64,000 nt of DNA from the human T2T-CHM13v2.0 reference genome, Homo sapiens: assembly GCF_009914755.1 (NCBI RefSeq), contig NC_060946.1; one strand, 5' to 3'. Made by a program: the position numbers and the translations under genes. The notes beneath the pieces were generated by a model. The model made no database searches, had not been told where the DNA came from, and worked only from the letters and a program-made list of their open reading frames with translations. Numbering within the stretch: position 1 is the stretch's first letter; the number at the start of each line of letters is the position of its first letter. This document shows, in pieces, positions 29,160 through 44,398 of this stretch.

Positions 29160-29720
29160 TTGTTATTATTAGCACACAAAGAAAGTAGAGCTTAACCTCT
29201 GGATCAGGGACCAAGGACATTTTCCCAGAAGAGAGGATGCTTTCACTGAGCCTCAAGGTACAATAGTCTTTCTCTAACGGGGAGACAGAGAGGAGGAAGG
29301 GCATTCCAGTTAGCAGAGTGGGACATGCAAAGTCTCAAAGGTGAGAAAGGACATGGTATGTTTGGGAAGTGGAGAGAAGATGAATATGCTTGGGTTAGGA
29401 TGGAACAGGAAGAGGAGGGCGGTGGGCCTGGGTGGAAGGGGTCCCCGTCACCCTGCCTCCTTCCATTCCCCAGATGTCTCCCCTTTCCCCTCCCTCAGCC
29501 TGCTATGCCCTCCAGCCCATCTCACCCAACATTGCCTGTCACTGCCTGTCAAGGCCCATCCCATTCTAAAGTCTAGGTCCAATATTACTTGTTCCAGGAA
29601 GACTTTTTAAATTTCACGAGGGCAAGGACCACATCCGTTTTGCTCACTGTTGTATTCCAAGCATCTAGCATAGTGCTTGGCATGGACTAGGTACTCATTT
29701 CTTTTTCTTTTTTTAATAAA
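29160..29720. mobile_element. Two L2 fragments in opposite orientation
   Basis: Purine-rich antisense piece to ~29420; sense 3' end (gagggcaaggaccacatc..gcatagtgcttggca) to ~29720. Confidence 0.6.
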
Positions 29721-29849
29721 TGAATAACAGCAAACCCTATAGTTACTATCCAATGTCTGCTCCCATTTTCTCCTTGCCAACAGAATGTTCCTGTAGTGGA
29801 GGGTAGCAATTTTCCCAGCCTCAGGCAACAGATCATGATTAGTCTAGTA

Positions 29850-30520
<671 letters not shown>

Positions 30521-30729
30521 TCTAACCAATTGTAACAATCCATTTCCTACTTTCCCAGACTCCTCTTCAGCAAGAAGTGGACATGTGACCCAGTTCTGAC
30601 CAATGAGCTGAAAAGGGAGGTCAGCTGGGCCTTCTGGAAAAGCTTTTGCTTTCCTGATTAGAAGGACAAACATGGCTATGTCACCTCTTCCCTCTTGTCT
30701 TTCTTTCTGTCTTTTTTTGTGTGGGGAGG

Positions 30730-30864
30730 TTATTTTTTAGAGACAGAGTTTCACTCTGCACTCAGGCAGGAGTGCAGTGATGCCATCATAGCTCAAACTC
30801 CTGCACCCTCAAACTTCTGGGCACATGTGATCCTCCTGCCTCTGCCTTCCGAGTAGCTAGGACT
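30730..30864 (-). mobile_element. AluJ right arm / FRAM fragment
   Basis: agacagagtttcactctg..gatcctcctgcc..gagtagctaggact. Confidence 0.85.
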
Positions 30865-30928
30865 CTTCTTGTCTTGAAAGCAGATGTGCTTTTGGAGGTG
30901 TGACCATTGATTAAGCAATCATAAAGAA

Positions 30929-31149
30929 CAGGGGTTGGAAAACTTTTTCCATAAAGGACAAATAAGAACTATTTTAGCCAATATTTTAGGCAATGTGCAT
31001 TATAGAGTCTCAGTTGCAACTACTCAATTTTGCTATTGGAGTTCAAAAACCATAGACAATATGTAAACAAGAGAGAGTGGCTGTGTTCCAAAATAACCTT
31101 TCTTTGAAGTGCATTGGATTTGCTTGTGGGCCATAGTTTGCCATCCTTT
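30929..31149. mobile_element. MER58A
   Basis: caggggttggaaaactttttcc TIR; gttgcaactactcaa core. Confidence 0.85.
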
Positions 31150-31343
31150 CCCATCAAGAGAATTGCAGAGACACCAGCCCTGACATTGTGAAGGCACTTC
31201 CAGATTTTTTGTTATATGGGAAAAAAATAGATCCCTATTTGTTTAAGTCACCATGAATTGGTTTTCCTGTTACTACTGTGGCTGGCAGAAACCTAATGAA
31301 TACTTGAAAAATAGAATCAGTGTGCCAGTTACAATTAATAGCC

Positions 31344-31473
31344 TTTTCTTTTTTCTTATTTATTTATTTATTTTTGAAGAGACAGGATCTCACTATGTTG
31401 CTTAGGTTCGTCTTGAATTCCTGAGCTCAAGTGATCCTCCTGGGATTACAGGCATGAGCCTCCATGCCCAGCC
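31344..31473 (-). mobile_element. FLAM-type Alu monomer with internal deletion
   Basis: gagacaggatctcactatgttg..gctcaagtgatcctcc|tgggattacaggc. Confidence 0.85.
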
Positions 31474-32016
31474 ATAATTAACCAAGTTTTCTCCCAAGAT
31501 ACTGTGCCTTTTAAAAATATTAAGATCAGTATGATGATCGCAACATTAATACCATCAGTTGAGAACTACATTTTTATAAACGTTAATTCTGACAACAACT
31601 GCTAGTATTCCTGATTCTTTGAGGAGGAAATTGAAGCCAGAAAAAAAAAAAAGTGATCCTAGGTTACGTAGCTAATAGACAGCAAAAAGGATTGGAATCT
31701 AGATCCTATCTGATTCAAAAATGAATCAGAAATATTTGTGAATTACCTATTAAGTGCCAGGAATTCTTCTGGTGATTGGCAAGATCAGTGAACAGAAACA
31801 AAGATTTCCACCCTTGAGCTTACCATTTTGGGTGGGGGAAGAAGGCAATAAGTAATCTGCAGTGGTTTAGGAGGTGTTTGGATAAACTATAAAGGAGAAA
31901 GTCAAGCAGGAGTCTTCCCTTTGTGCCGCCTGCCTCTTTGTACTTCTTTGAGTTACGTTTATCAGAGGCTGCCTTATGTAGGGATGACGTGAATGTGTGT
32001 CTGCGTTTTCCCCTAG

Positions 32017-32177
32017 ATTGCAGCCTTTGGTGAGGAGGGCCTCTATTTCATTGATCTTAATACAGCTACAGCAAACAGCAGGCATTCCATGCTTGTTGGA
32101 TAGAAATTCAATTGAACTCACTTCGGCATCAGCTGTTAGGTTGGAAGCCGCCCAAGAAACATATGTTTTCAGAAAGG
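32017..32177 (+). other. Candidate exon (161 nt)
   Basis: Acceptor gcgttttcccctag|, donor AGG|GTAAGT. Confidence 0.35.
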
Positions 32178-32474
32178 GTAAGTTCAGTTCAAAGGTTCAA
32201 CAGATATTTTTGTGAATGCCCAAGTGCCAGGCACCATGCTGGGCTCAGTGCTCCCAGGAGACGGGTCAGTCTAAGGAGGTGGCTATCTGGGGAAGCGCTC
32301 GGCTTGCCAGAAGCAAGATAAACAAGCCAGAGTTCAGCAGGCTCAAGCAAAGACTCTAGGGACAAATCCTTAGAGGGAGAGACCTTGCCAGGGACTCCCA
32401 GTAGTACCAGCTGTAATTGTCCTCCCAATCTGTCACCCACTCAGATGGTGGCATGTTTATTCTCCCATCAGTGA

Positions 32475-32942
<468 letters not shown>

Positions 32943-33309
32943 TGAGCACTCAGGGTTTGGAAGACTCAAGCCACTTACAGGGATTCAACAGAGTGGGACA
33001 ATGAGAGATGGTGAGCAAAACATTCCTGAGACCTGAGACCTGATCTCGGGACCAACTCTGCCAAATACCCAAAGACCAACACAGAAAAATAAGAAGGCCC
33101 ATGGGATGCATTTCCTGTTCAGGATGGAAGTCACTTTATAAAATCCTATGGGGTGTGAGGAAGCCTATTCGTGACTCAGATGATTCGCTTTACCAGAGAG
33201 AGGAATCTAAATGAGAAACCTGACTCTGCTTTTTAGCCATTTAAAAGTTAATATACAAGTGAATTTCAGTGATGTCAATTTGATCCCAAAGTTAGATCTG
33301 GGACTGTAA

Positions 33310-33470
33310 CTCAAAGTTAAATGGACTACAGTTAACTTACTCTGGGTCCAGGAACTTGGACAGGTCCCATCTGCTCTCTGAGACTCAGTTTTCTTATATG
33401 TAAAATGAGGGGTGAGAGACTAAACTATCTCTAAGCTCCTGAGAGCTTTGCCGTTTTAGGATATACTGTA
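33310..33470 (+). mobile_element. MIR (MIR3/MIRc-like)
   Basis: ctctctgagactcagttttcttatatgtaaaatgagggg. Confidence 0.65.
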
Positions 33471-33494
33471 AATAGATTCATAATGACAAGGACT

Positions 33495-33680
33495 CAGGGG
33501 TTCCTAAACCTAGCATCAGGAACGCTAAGGAGTGTGTTAAAAAATAAAGATTTTTCTGATCCAACCCTGGAGAATCTGATTCAGTATGTCTCAGTTAGGG
33601 CCTAGAAATATGTATTTTTAATAGGCTCAGGTAATTCTTCACAGCTTATGCTCAGCCTGGCTGGTATTTGAGAGCCACAA
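33495..33680. mobile_element. MER5-like MITE
   Basis: gagaatctgattcagta..gggcctagaaatatgtatttttaa. Confidence 0.65.
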
Positions 33681-34839
33681 GAGGAACTGAAAGCCCTTTG
33701 CAGACAGCCCAGATCTGGGTCATTTTCATTATTTCAAAAAGTCTCATTGGATGAAAACACTGACCTCTCCCCAGTTCCCCTAGCCCCCATCCTACATTCT
33801 GGGCCTTGAAACCAGCCACAATTGCAGATAACTTTCAGCTGCATTATTCAGCCTCATTTGGGGGGCAGGGGAGAAGCCTTTGTATTTTGCATTTTTTGAT
33901 TCCCTTTTGTTAGAATACAGTCCCAAAGAGGCGGTGGGTTTTAAAGAGGGGACAAAACCCTCCAACTCTAACTTGACTCACCGTATGATGCTGGACCAGG
34001 AACTCAGCCGAGCGTCCCAGTTTTCCTGGTCTGGAAAATGGGGAACGTGAGCTGTGGCCTGTCCCTCATGTCACATGCTGCTAGCAAAAATTTTTTAAAG
34101 CTTACAAATGCTTTGAGGATTAATAAGGTGCTTGGAAAAAGGGCAGTTTCTAAAAACGTGGTGTTTGTATTCAACATTGATGGGGAGCCAGTGGTGCTAT
34201 GTGTGCTGGAAAGAGCACAAAATTAGCAGTGATGGTGATCTGATTTGATTCCAGGGGACTGAAATATCTAAATACAAAATCCAGGCGAGACAAGCCTTGA
34301 CAAAGGACAGGTGCCTTCTCACAATGTGACACAGGAGACAAAGGTCCTTAGCTAAGGGTGGGGAGGGAGGAATGCGGGAAAGTCATCTGGCAGAAAAGAG
34401 GAAGACAGGAGTGGGAAAACATGGCAGGTCTGCCAGGCAGGATTAGGGCCCATCTGAATTTCAATCTGAATTTAAGGGGAGGGCTGTCAGCTACCTTGCG
34501 CGTGTTTTCTCAGCCACATACAACTTCCTGGGGCAGGCAATGAGCAGACTGAGTGTTGAAGTTGACCAGGATTTAGGTTTTTCCAGACTAGCACAATGGG
34601 GGAAGGGCAGAAGAGAGAGTTGATAGAATATGCAGAGGGGACTGGTGATGCCAGGCACCCCGTGTAGAGGCAGAATTGCCCCCTTCAAAACTCTCCAGGG
34701 AAGAGCCGAGTGAAATGCATGCATTCTCTCCGAGGGGATGCAAGAGAAAGTGGCTGGGCCACCAATTTTCCAAGGATTTCAATCTCTCTTCCCCTCCCAG
34801 TGGGGATAGAGATGGCAAGTATTTCAAAAACGGAGAGTC

Positions 34840-35129
34840 TTTTTTTTTTTTTTTTTTTTTTTAGACGGAGTTTCGCTCTTGTTGCCTAGGCTGGAGTGCA
34901 ATGGCACAATCTTGGCTGACCACAACCTCTGCCTCCCGGTTCAAGCAATTCTCCTGCCTCAGCCTCCCAAGTAGCTGGGATTACAGGCATGCACCACTAT
35001 GCCCAGCTAATTTTGTATTTTTAGTAGAGATGGGGTTTCTCCATGTTGGTCAGGCTGGTCTCGAACCCCCAACCTCAGGTGATCCTTCCAAAGTGCTGGG
35101 ATTTCAGGTGTGAGCCACTGCGCCCAGCC
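34840..35129 (-). mobile_element. AluSp with short deletion
   Basis: Sp diagnostics; gatccttccaaag junction; TSD-like AGAGT(C/T)TTT. Confidence 0.95.
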
Positions 35130-35334
35130 AAGAGTTTTTTACTCAAAGGAAGAAAACAGCATGCATGGGAAAGGAGCTCTATTCCCACCCAATAATAGAG
35201 CTCCTGGAAGTTGGTGCTGGGAGCGTTGCAGGGAAGAAAGGGTTAATATTATCTGAGTGTGTGTGACTGTGAGACCCCCTTCATTCAGGACAATGTTTAC
35301 TTAACAAACTGTGTATTGTGTGCTCAGTACTAAT

Positions 35335-35485
35335 CAACTATGTATATGTTAACACACAGAAAAATATCAGACATTTAAAAAAGAGATTAAAAGTAAATAG
35401 AAATTCTAATATTTTCTTCCCACACTCCCAGCAGATCAGTATTTTTATTCCCTATCTAACACTCCTCCTTTTGGAGACCAATTCT
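35335..35485. mobile_element. MER112-like fragment
   Basis: aaatagaaattctaatattttcttccc..ttttggagacca; resembles 42951-43222. Confidence 0.5.
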
Positions 35486-35536
35486 CTAGCCTATGCTTCC
35501 ATGAGAATCACCTGTGGATCTTAAAATGCATATTCT

Positions 35537-35779
35537 GGCCGGGCGCAGTGGCTCATGCCTGTAATCCCAGCACTTTGGGAGGCCGAGGCAGGTGGATTAC
35601 TTGAGGTCAGGAGTTCAAGACCAGTCTGACCAACATGGTGAAACCCTGTCTCTACTAAAAATACAAAATTAGCCGGGCAAAGTGGTGCGTGCCTGTAATC
35701 CCAGCTACTTGGGAGTCTGAGGCAAGAGAATTGCTTGAACCTGGGAGGCAGAGGTTATAGTGAGCCGAGATTGCACCAC
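35537..35779 (+). mobile_element. AluS lacking 3' end and tail
   Basis: Alu from ggccgggcgc to gagattgcaccac, then switches orientation. Confidence 0.95.
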
Positions 35780-35922
35780 GCATGTGCCACCACGCCCGGC
35801 TAATTTTTGTATTTTTAGTAGAGACGGGGTTTCTCCATGTTGGCCAGGCTGACCTCAGGTGATCTGCCTGCCTCAGCCTCCCAAAGTGCTGGGATTACAG
35901 GCGTGAGCCACCGCACCCGGCC
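35780..35922 (-). mobile_element. AluS left arm, fused in inverted orientation
   Basis: gcatgtgccaccacgcccggctaatttttg..cacccggcc. Confidence 0.95.
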
Positions 35923-35999
35923 AGCACCTTGCTTTTATTTTGTTTTGTTTTTACAAAACGCTGGATCCTTTACTATGTCGTCTATAGGTATGAGTTTGC

Positions 36000-36195
36000 A
36001 TCTTGGCTGCATTCCTAATGAATACGACCTTGGGTAAGTCGCTGAACTCTTTGTGTCTCAGTTTCTCCATCTGTAAAGTGGGGGTAACAAGAACACTACA
36101 ATGAGGTTATTGCCAAGATCAAATGAGTTGTATGTAAAGTGCCTGGACCACTCCCTGGAAGATAGAAGGTGCTCAGTAAATATTATCAATTATTA
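36000..36195 (+). mobile_element. MIR
   Basis: gaccttgggtaagtcgctgaactctttgtgtctcagtttctccatctgtaaagtgggg. Confidence 0.8.
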
Positions 36196-36443
36196 TTTTT
36201 ATTATCTTTCCTACCAAAAGGACAAGTCATCTTGTTCCTGGGCCAGGGGCATGTGCCCTGGCCCATGTGTACTATAAACAATATATAGACTAGATATAGC
36301 AGGTTGCAGCACTTCTCAGACTAGATGGAATAGGCTCACCAGGTGAGGGAAGCAGGAGATGTTCTCGCTGTATATGTGCTTCACACACCCTCCGCCTTGA
36401 GGTTCAACTCAGTAAATTTGGGTTAGGGGGTTAGCAATCTGAA

Positions 36444-36740
36444 TTTTTGTTTTTGTATTGGGGCCTCACTCTGTCATCCTGGCCAGAGTGTAATGGCACA
36501 ATCATGGCTCACTGCAGCCTAAACCTCCAGGGTTCAAATGATCCTCCTGCCTCAGCCTCCTGAGTAGCTGGGACTACAGTCATGTGCCACCATGCCCACC
36601 TAATTTTTTTGTTGTTGTTGAGATGGAGGACCTCACTATGATGCCCAGACTGGTCTCAAACTTCTGGGTGGCTCCAATGATCATCCCACCCCAGCCTCCC
36701 AAAGTGCTGGGATTACAGGTGAGAGCCACTATGCCTGGTC
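36444..36740 (-). mobile_element. AluJ
   Basis: atcatggctcactgcagcct..gatcctcctgcc, ctcactatgatgccc J diagnostics. Confidence 0.93.
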
Positions 36741-36752
36741 TAGCAACCTGAA

Positions 36753-37161
<409 letters not shown>

Positions 37162-37539
37162 TCAGTGTCCTGAGGACTGTGTTTAGAGAAAAGCTGGTTG
37201 TTCATGTCTCAGTATTCACGTCTAAGCCAGTGTGTGGCCTTTCCATTGTTTTGGTCTTCTCCCTACAAGCCTGCACAGCTGATAAGAATTCTGGGCTCTG
37301 GTATTTAAATATCACATCATCATTGTTTTGCTACTTATCTTAGGCAGGTATTTTGAATTCACCTGGCCCAAGGCTTTCTCATTTTAGAGCAGCCAAGCTC
37401 GGATTCAGCTCCTGGATCCAGGTGCAGTGAGCTCCCAGCTTTTTCTCTCCCTTGACTACGTGGGCCGAGAGGGGCTGTGTCTGCTCCAGCTGCTTCTGAT
37501 TAAATTACCCCGTCATCCAGCAAGGAATGCCAGTGTGCC

Positions 37540-37655
37540 TAGCTTGGAAAGGGCAGACCGTGCCTGTTCACCATGGCATCCTGGTCCTTGGCATTTCACA
37601 TAGGGCCCAGAACACAGTAGAAACTCAATAAATGCTTGCTGAACGAATGAATCAA
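37540..37655 (+). mobile_element. L2 3' end
   Basis: acacagtagaaactcaataaatgcttgctgaacgaatgaat. Confidence 0.7.
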
Positions 37656-37964
37656 GTTGCATTATATAACATGTACAAACAGATTCTCATTTTATAAAAC
37701 AATCAATGTGTGTTGATCAAAATGAACTCAGTGCATCTACCTTACATTAAAATATGGGTCAGAAACTACCACCTTGAAGACATTTTTCAGAAGCCCAACC
37801 AGCTTAGTATGTACTCCTTAACTTCACAAGGAGAATTCCTTAGCCGAGAGAGTGCTGGAGAGGATGCAATCACATTGCTGGTCTGCAGAAAGGGCTCAAT
37901 CAAGTGGTTCCTGCCCTCGTTCCTCTCCTGTTCAAAGAGTCTGTAAATTAGGATTCCAAATGGT

Positions 37965-38100
37965 GACAGCTCTGGACAGATGAGGAACCCGAGGCCCAGA
38001 GAGGTCAAGTCACATGCTCTAAGGCACACAGCAAGTAAATGACCCACTGAGGATTTGAATCAGAGCCAGATGCTGCTGCCTGACTCCAATCTCTTTTCAT
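37965..38100 (-). mobile_element. MIR
   Basis: acagatgaggaaccgaggcccagagaggtcaagtcac. Confidence 0.75.
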
Positions 38101-38109
38101 CTAATTGGT

Positions 38110-38669
<560 letters not shown>

Positions 38670-39759
38670 TCATTATTTAAAAAATATTTTTCTAAGCTGC
38701 TGCAGCAAATGCCTCATTGAAACCCACCATTAGCTACTGGTAGCACTGAATAAATGGTGTCATCCTGTCTAAACCTCCACTTCCTCCTATCAGCACCACC
38801 CCCATAGCAGGTGCTCTCCTTCTCCCTCTCACCAAAGAGCAAAGGGGTGACTTTTAAAAGCCGTCTAGAAACATGAGGACCAGCTGTTGGAAGACCCCAG
38901 AGAGCCGTGCCAACTTTCTTAAATTCAGGCCCCGGAGTCATTGCCTGACCAGGATGGGTTCTGCAAGAGAGCCAGGGACAAGGATTAAAACATGCATTTT
39001 TAAGAGGGTAAACTGGAGTCCCTGATGAGTTAATCTTGGGAGGAAGAGGTATGCCAGAGATACCATAGACAGGAGTTGTGCTCAGGATAAGAACAGCAAG
39101 GACACAGCACTCCCTGGGTTCCTTAGCAATATGCCTTCACCGGCAGTTTAGCTAACAGTGTGTCTCTAGGGCTTCTGTTGCTATCAGATTTATGCCTTAT
39201 GAAATGTCAAAAGGGAAGCACTGATTCTTCAATACAGCAAGAAATTTCCTTCCTTTTTCTTTCTTTCTTTCTTTTTTGTTTTGTTTTGTTTTTTTGTTTT
39301 TCATGTAATGCCCTCCTGGAGGGCTTTTGCAACCTGGATAAATATTTCTCTTTCAATTCAAACAGACAAGCGCTTATCACTTCTCAGGGAAGACACCATT
39401 GCTTCTTTATGAGGCTGTTCTGCAAAGCAGACAAGTCAGGGCATCCCAGTGCGTGCCCAACACTGAGCGTTTGCACTGAGAGCAGAATCACACACTCCTT
39501 TACCCGTTACTAGAGAAGAGTTACTGGAGAAGAGAAATAATGCATTACTCTTACTAAGCAGGCAGCATTTCTCTTTTTTGCATAGTGCCCAGCAGCCTGA
39601 CTATACAGAGGAACTGGAGACACCTCTAAAGGCTTTGAAACAAAATGGCCTCTGAGTCTGATCCGTTCTTCCCAGGTCATACCTCCTCCATGAAATCTGA
39701 TGGGATTTGTGCAGACCACTGATTGCTTCCGCATGGGAAACTAAGATGTCTGGGGCCCC

Positions 39760-40180
39760 TAACGTGGGCCAGATTCATTGCAGACATTATCTCATTTATT
39801 CCTCCATGCAACCTCATGGAGTGAGGATTATCAAACTCATTTTATAAATGAGGAAACTGAAGCTCAGAGTTTAGGTTGAGGAATTAAGCAAACTTGGAGA
39901 GAAACATCACTTTCCCAACTATTTAGCTGGCTGATGTTGCGTAAGTTGCTTAACTCTTCTGAGCTTTATGTCCTCATCTATAAAATAAAGATTATATTGT
40001 ACTTTTTAGATTCATGAGAGCTAGTGATTGCAATTATGTATATATTGGGCTCAGCATTGTGAGCACTAAATAAAATTGTGGCTATTGCTATTATTATTAT
40101 TACTCTGGAAATCTCCTAAGGAAGAGAGGGGCAGAGCAGGAATTAGAACCCAGGTCTGGGAGGTTCCAAAGCCCATGGAC
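39760..40180. mobile_element. Cluster of MIR fragments in both orientations
   Basis: aatgaggaaactgaagctcagag (minus), cctcatctataaaata (plus). Confidence 0.7.
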
Positions 40181-40474
40181 TTTTCCTGGGTGTGCCCATT
40201 GATGTCTGCATTTGTGAAGCCATATAATGTTAGGGTTTTATATTTATGTGCTTTTCTGTACCATTTCTCTGAGGACATGACCATGCAATGAACTTCCTTT
40301 GCTTTCACCATTTTCCTGGGTGCTGGCGTCCAGCAGGTGCACCCTAATCACCCAGAGTTGGCTTAACTCTGCCCCACCAAGAGTAGTGATAGTTTTCTGG
40401 TCCTTTCTAAGCACTGGCATCAAAGTAATGAGTCCTTAAAAAAACTCTTTTGGGAAATCTGTGAATTATCTTGA

Positions 40475-40786
<312 letters not shown>

Positions 40787-41690
40787 TATCTTGAGTATTT
40801 TTTAAAAAACAAACCCACAACCTGATTTTTTGGGAAAAAAAAATACCCCACAGGAACAAACCAGATTAAATCAAATTAAATGTAGAACTGACGACATTGC
40901 AGCCGAAGCGCCCCCATGCTGACTTTCTTTGGGTTATTTGAGAAAGACCCCCTCAGCAGGCCCACTGAGTCCCAGAAGAAAGCCAAATCCAAGTGGAATA
41001 GATGGGAATTCTACAGGGTTGGTGGTCTCACCTTGGTTTGCATTTCTCATTCTCTTATTTGGGAAAAATTACCTATCCTGAAAAGAGGCAGGGAAGGATC
41101 TGAAATCTCCTCCTATGTTTGGCTGTGCTAGACTTTGTCTTAAAGACCCCTCAATTTATAAGGAGGCAGTGCAGTATCGCATGAAAGGCAAGGTGTCCGG
41201 TGACACTAGGACAGACTCTGTATGAGAGCAGGGGCATCTATTATTCACTGCTATATTCCCAGAAACAGGAACACTGTTGAACGAATGACCATGTAAATGA
41301 ATGGACTAAGACTGCTTAGGTTTGAATTCTGGCAACACTTCTTTGCTGGAAGCTCAGATGAGCTTCTGAACTTGCTGTATTAGTTTTCTATGCTGCATAA
41401 CAAATTACTCAAAACTTAGTAGCTTAGAACAATGCAAATGTATTATCTCACAGTTACCATGGGTAAGGAAGCTGGGTGTGGGTCTTCTTACCTGGCTGAA
41501 ATCAAAGAATTAGCTGGAGCTGCAATTCTTATCTAAGGTTTGAGGTCCTCTTCCAAGCATATGGGTTGTTGGCATAATTCATTTTCTTGTGATTGTAGAA
41601 GAGAGATTCCATTTTTCTGGTGGCCCTTGGCCATAGGCTATTCTCAGCCCCTAGTTCTTAGCATGTAATTGTCTCAGGCAGTTCACAACA

Positions 41691-41994
<304 letters not shown>

Positions 41995-42254
41995 AACTCT
42001 TTATTTTCTTCTAGGCCAGCAGGAACTTGTCACTCTGTCTTCTTTAGTTTGTGACTGATGGATTTGCCTGTTAAAAACACACATGATTAGGTCAGCCTCA
42101 CCCAGGATGATCTCCCTTTTGAGTAACTCAGCTGATTAGGAACCTTAATTACATCTGTAGAAACTTATTTTGCCATATTACACAACCACGGGAGTGATAA
42201 CCCATTGTCTCTGTAGATCTTGCCCATACTCCAAGGGGAGGAGATTACATAAGA

Positions 42255-42604
42255 TGGTATGGTTTGGTGGTGTCCCTACCCAGATTTCATCTTGAATTGT
42301 AACTCCCATAATCATCACATATTGTGGGAGGTAATTGAATCATGGGGGCGGGTTTTCCCCATGCTGTTTGTGTGATAGTGAATAAGTTTCACGAGATCTG
42401 ATGGTTTTATAAAGGGCAGTCCCCCTGTACACACCCTCTTGTCTGCTGCCAAGTAAGACGTGCCTTTCCTCCTCCTCCACCTTCCACCATGATTGTGAGG
42501 CCTCCCCAGCCACGTGGAACAATGAGTCCATTAAACCTCTTTTTCTTATAAATTTCCCAGTCTTGTATTTGTCGTTATTAGCAGTGTGAGAATGGGCTAA
42601 TACA
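42255..42604 (+). mobile_element. THE1B/C-like solo LTR
   Basis: tggtatggtttgg..catgattgtgaggcctccccagcc..ctaataca; 5-bp TSD TAAGA. Confidence 0.92.
42332..42342 (+). promoter_or_regulatory. DUX4 consensus site TAATTGAATCA within THE1 LTR
   Basis: Exact match to TAAYYBAATCA; TTTATAAA at 42406-42413 downstream. Confidence 0.55.
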
Positions 42605-42950
42605 TAAGATCATGAGTCACTGACAGTGATTTGAGAATTCTACCCACCACAGTTCCTTGTAGAAAAAGGATGATAATACCACCTATCTAATAATATTGTT
42701 GTGAATATTATATCGCATGATCTAGAATAAATGCTTGTCATGGAAAAATCATGTGGAGTTAGCATTCAACTCTAAAATATATGTTTGTTTTAATGATATT
42801 AACTGTTTTCCCCCTCTGAAAAAAATAATTCTGAACAAAATGGATATTCCAAGAACAGGTACCAAATTTATCCTGCCTCTTTTTAAATTCCCTGACACAT
42901 CAATGTGTTTAAATATCCCTGTTGAGAATTACAGCCCTAGAGCAGTAGAG

Positions 42951-43222
42951 CAGAGGTCTCCTAAGCTTTTTATCTCCCTTATTATATATCATAATCAGGA
43001 AAATATTTAGCATATTTTTAACATCTGTATAATTATTGATAATTTACATGCATGTACTATAGTATTATATATTAAATACGTGGAAAAACATATCAAACTG
43101 GGAACTTTTAAAGGATGCAATGGAAAATAAATATGATTAGAAGTTCTAACATTTTTTGCCTGTGCCCCAGTGGATCATTTTGTAAAATCCCTGGTGTAGA
43201 CGCTTCCTTTTGGAGATCGCTA
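42951..43222. mobile_element. MER112-like hAT MITE
   Basis: cagaggtctcc..tttggagatcgct termini; tagaagttctaacatttt. Confidence 0.55.
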
Positions 43223-43426
43223 ACCTAAAGGATGTGGTATAAATTGTACCAGCCATCACCTACCTTCCTGGCCCCATCCCATTTTGTAAGGAAGGTGTTT
43301 TGGTGCATGGCAAGGCATACAGAGCTGTAGGGGAACCTCTCTTTACACTTTTCATAGCACAAGAGGTAAACCTTGTGGGGAGAAGGATCAAAGATATACA
43401 AAAAAACTCCTCCCTTCTTTCTCTCT

Positions 43427-43428
<2 letters not shown>

Positions 43429-43463
<35 letters not shown>
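43429..43463. repeat. Poly(T) tract, 35 nt
   Basis: Direct inspection; no adjoining Alu or L1 body. Confidence 0.95.
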
Positions 43464-43464
<1 letters not shown>

Positions 43465-43656
43465 TTGCTGTGAAGGGCAAAAAAGGCCCAGAGTGGAGAC
43501 TAGGGGAGGAATCCCAACAATTAATGAACATGTACTTTGTGTCAAGTTCTGTGCTAGGTAGCTATTAGAATTCCTGTTTGACACATGATGGACATGGAGG
43601 AAAATGGATCCACAGAGAAGTAATAAAACTGAGCCTAGCTCTACCCAGTGGAGTTA

Positions 43657-44097
<441 letters not shown>

Positions 44098-44167
44098 CTA
44101 TAGTTTGCAGGCTGAAGTTGAGCCAGAAGATTCTCTTGCCGAAAGGGTCTTCAGAAATCACCTAGAT

Positions 44168-44390
44168 CAGGGATTGAAAAACTATGGTTTGAGGGCCAAA
44201 TCCAGCCTGCTTCTTATTTTTGTTAATAAAATTTTCTTGGGACACAGCCAGTCTCATTCATTTACATATAATCTATAGTTGCTTTCATACTACAACAGCA
44301 GAATTGAGTAGTTTTGACAGAGAACATATGACCTTCAAACTGAAAATATTTACTCTGTGGCTCTTTGCAGGAAAAGTTTGCTGACCTCTG
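44168..44390. mobile_element. MER58A
   Basis: cagggattgaaaaactatgg..aaagtttgctgacctctg TIRs; CTAG-containing flanks. Confidence 0.9.
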
Positions 44391-44398
44391 ATCTAGTC

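Noticed and set aside
40905-40925. CTCF-like GCGCCCCCATGCTGA
   Set aside because: Needs a one-base gap to fit the core consensus
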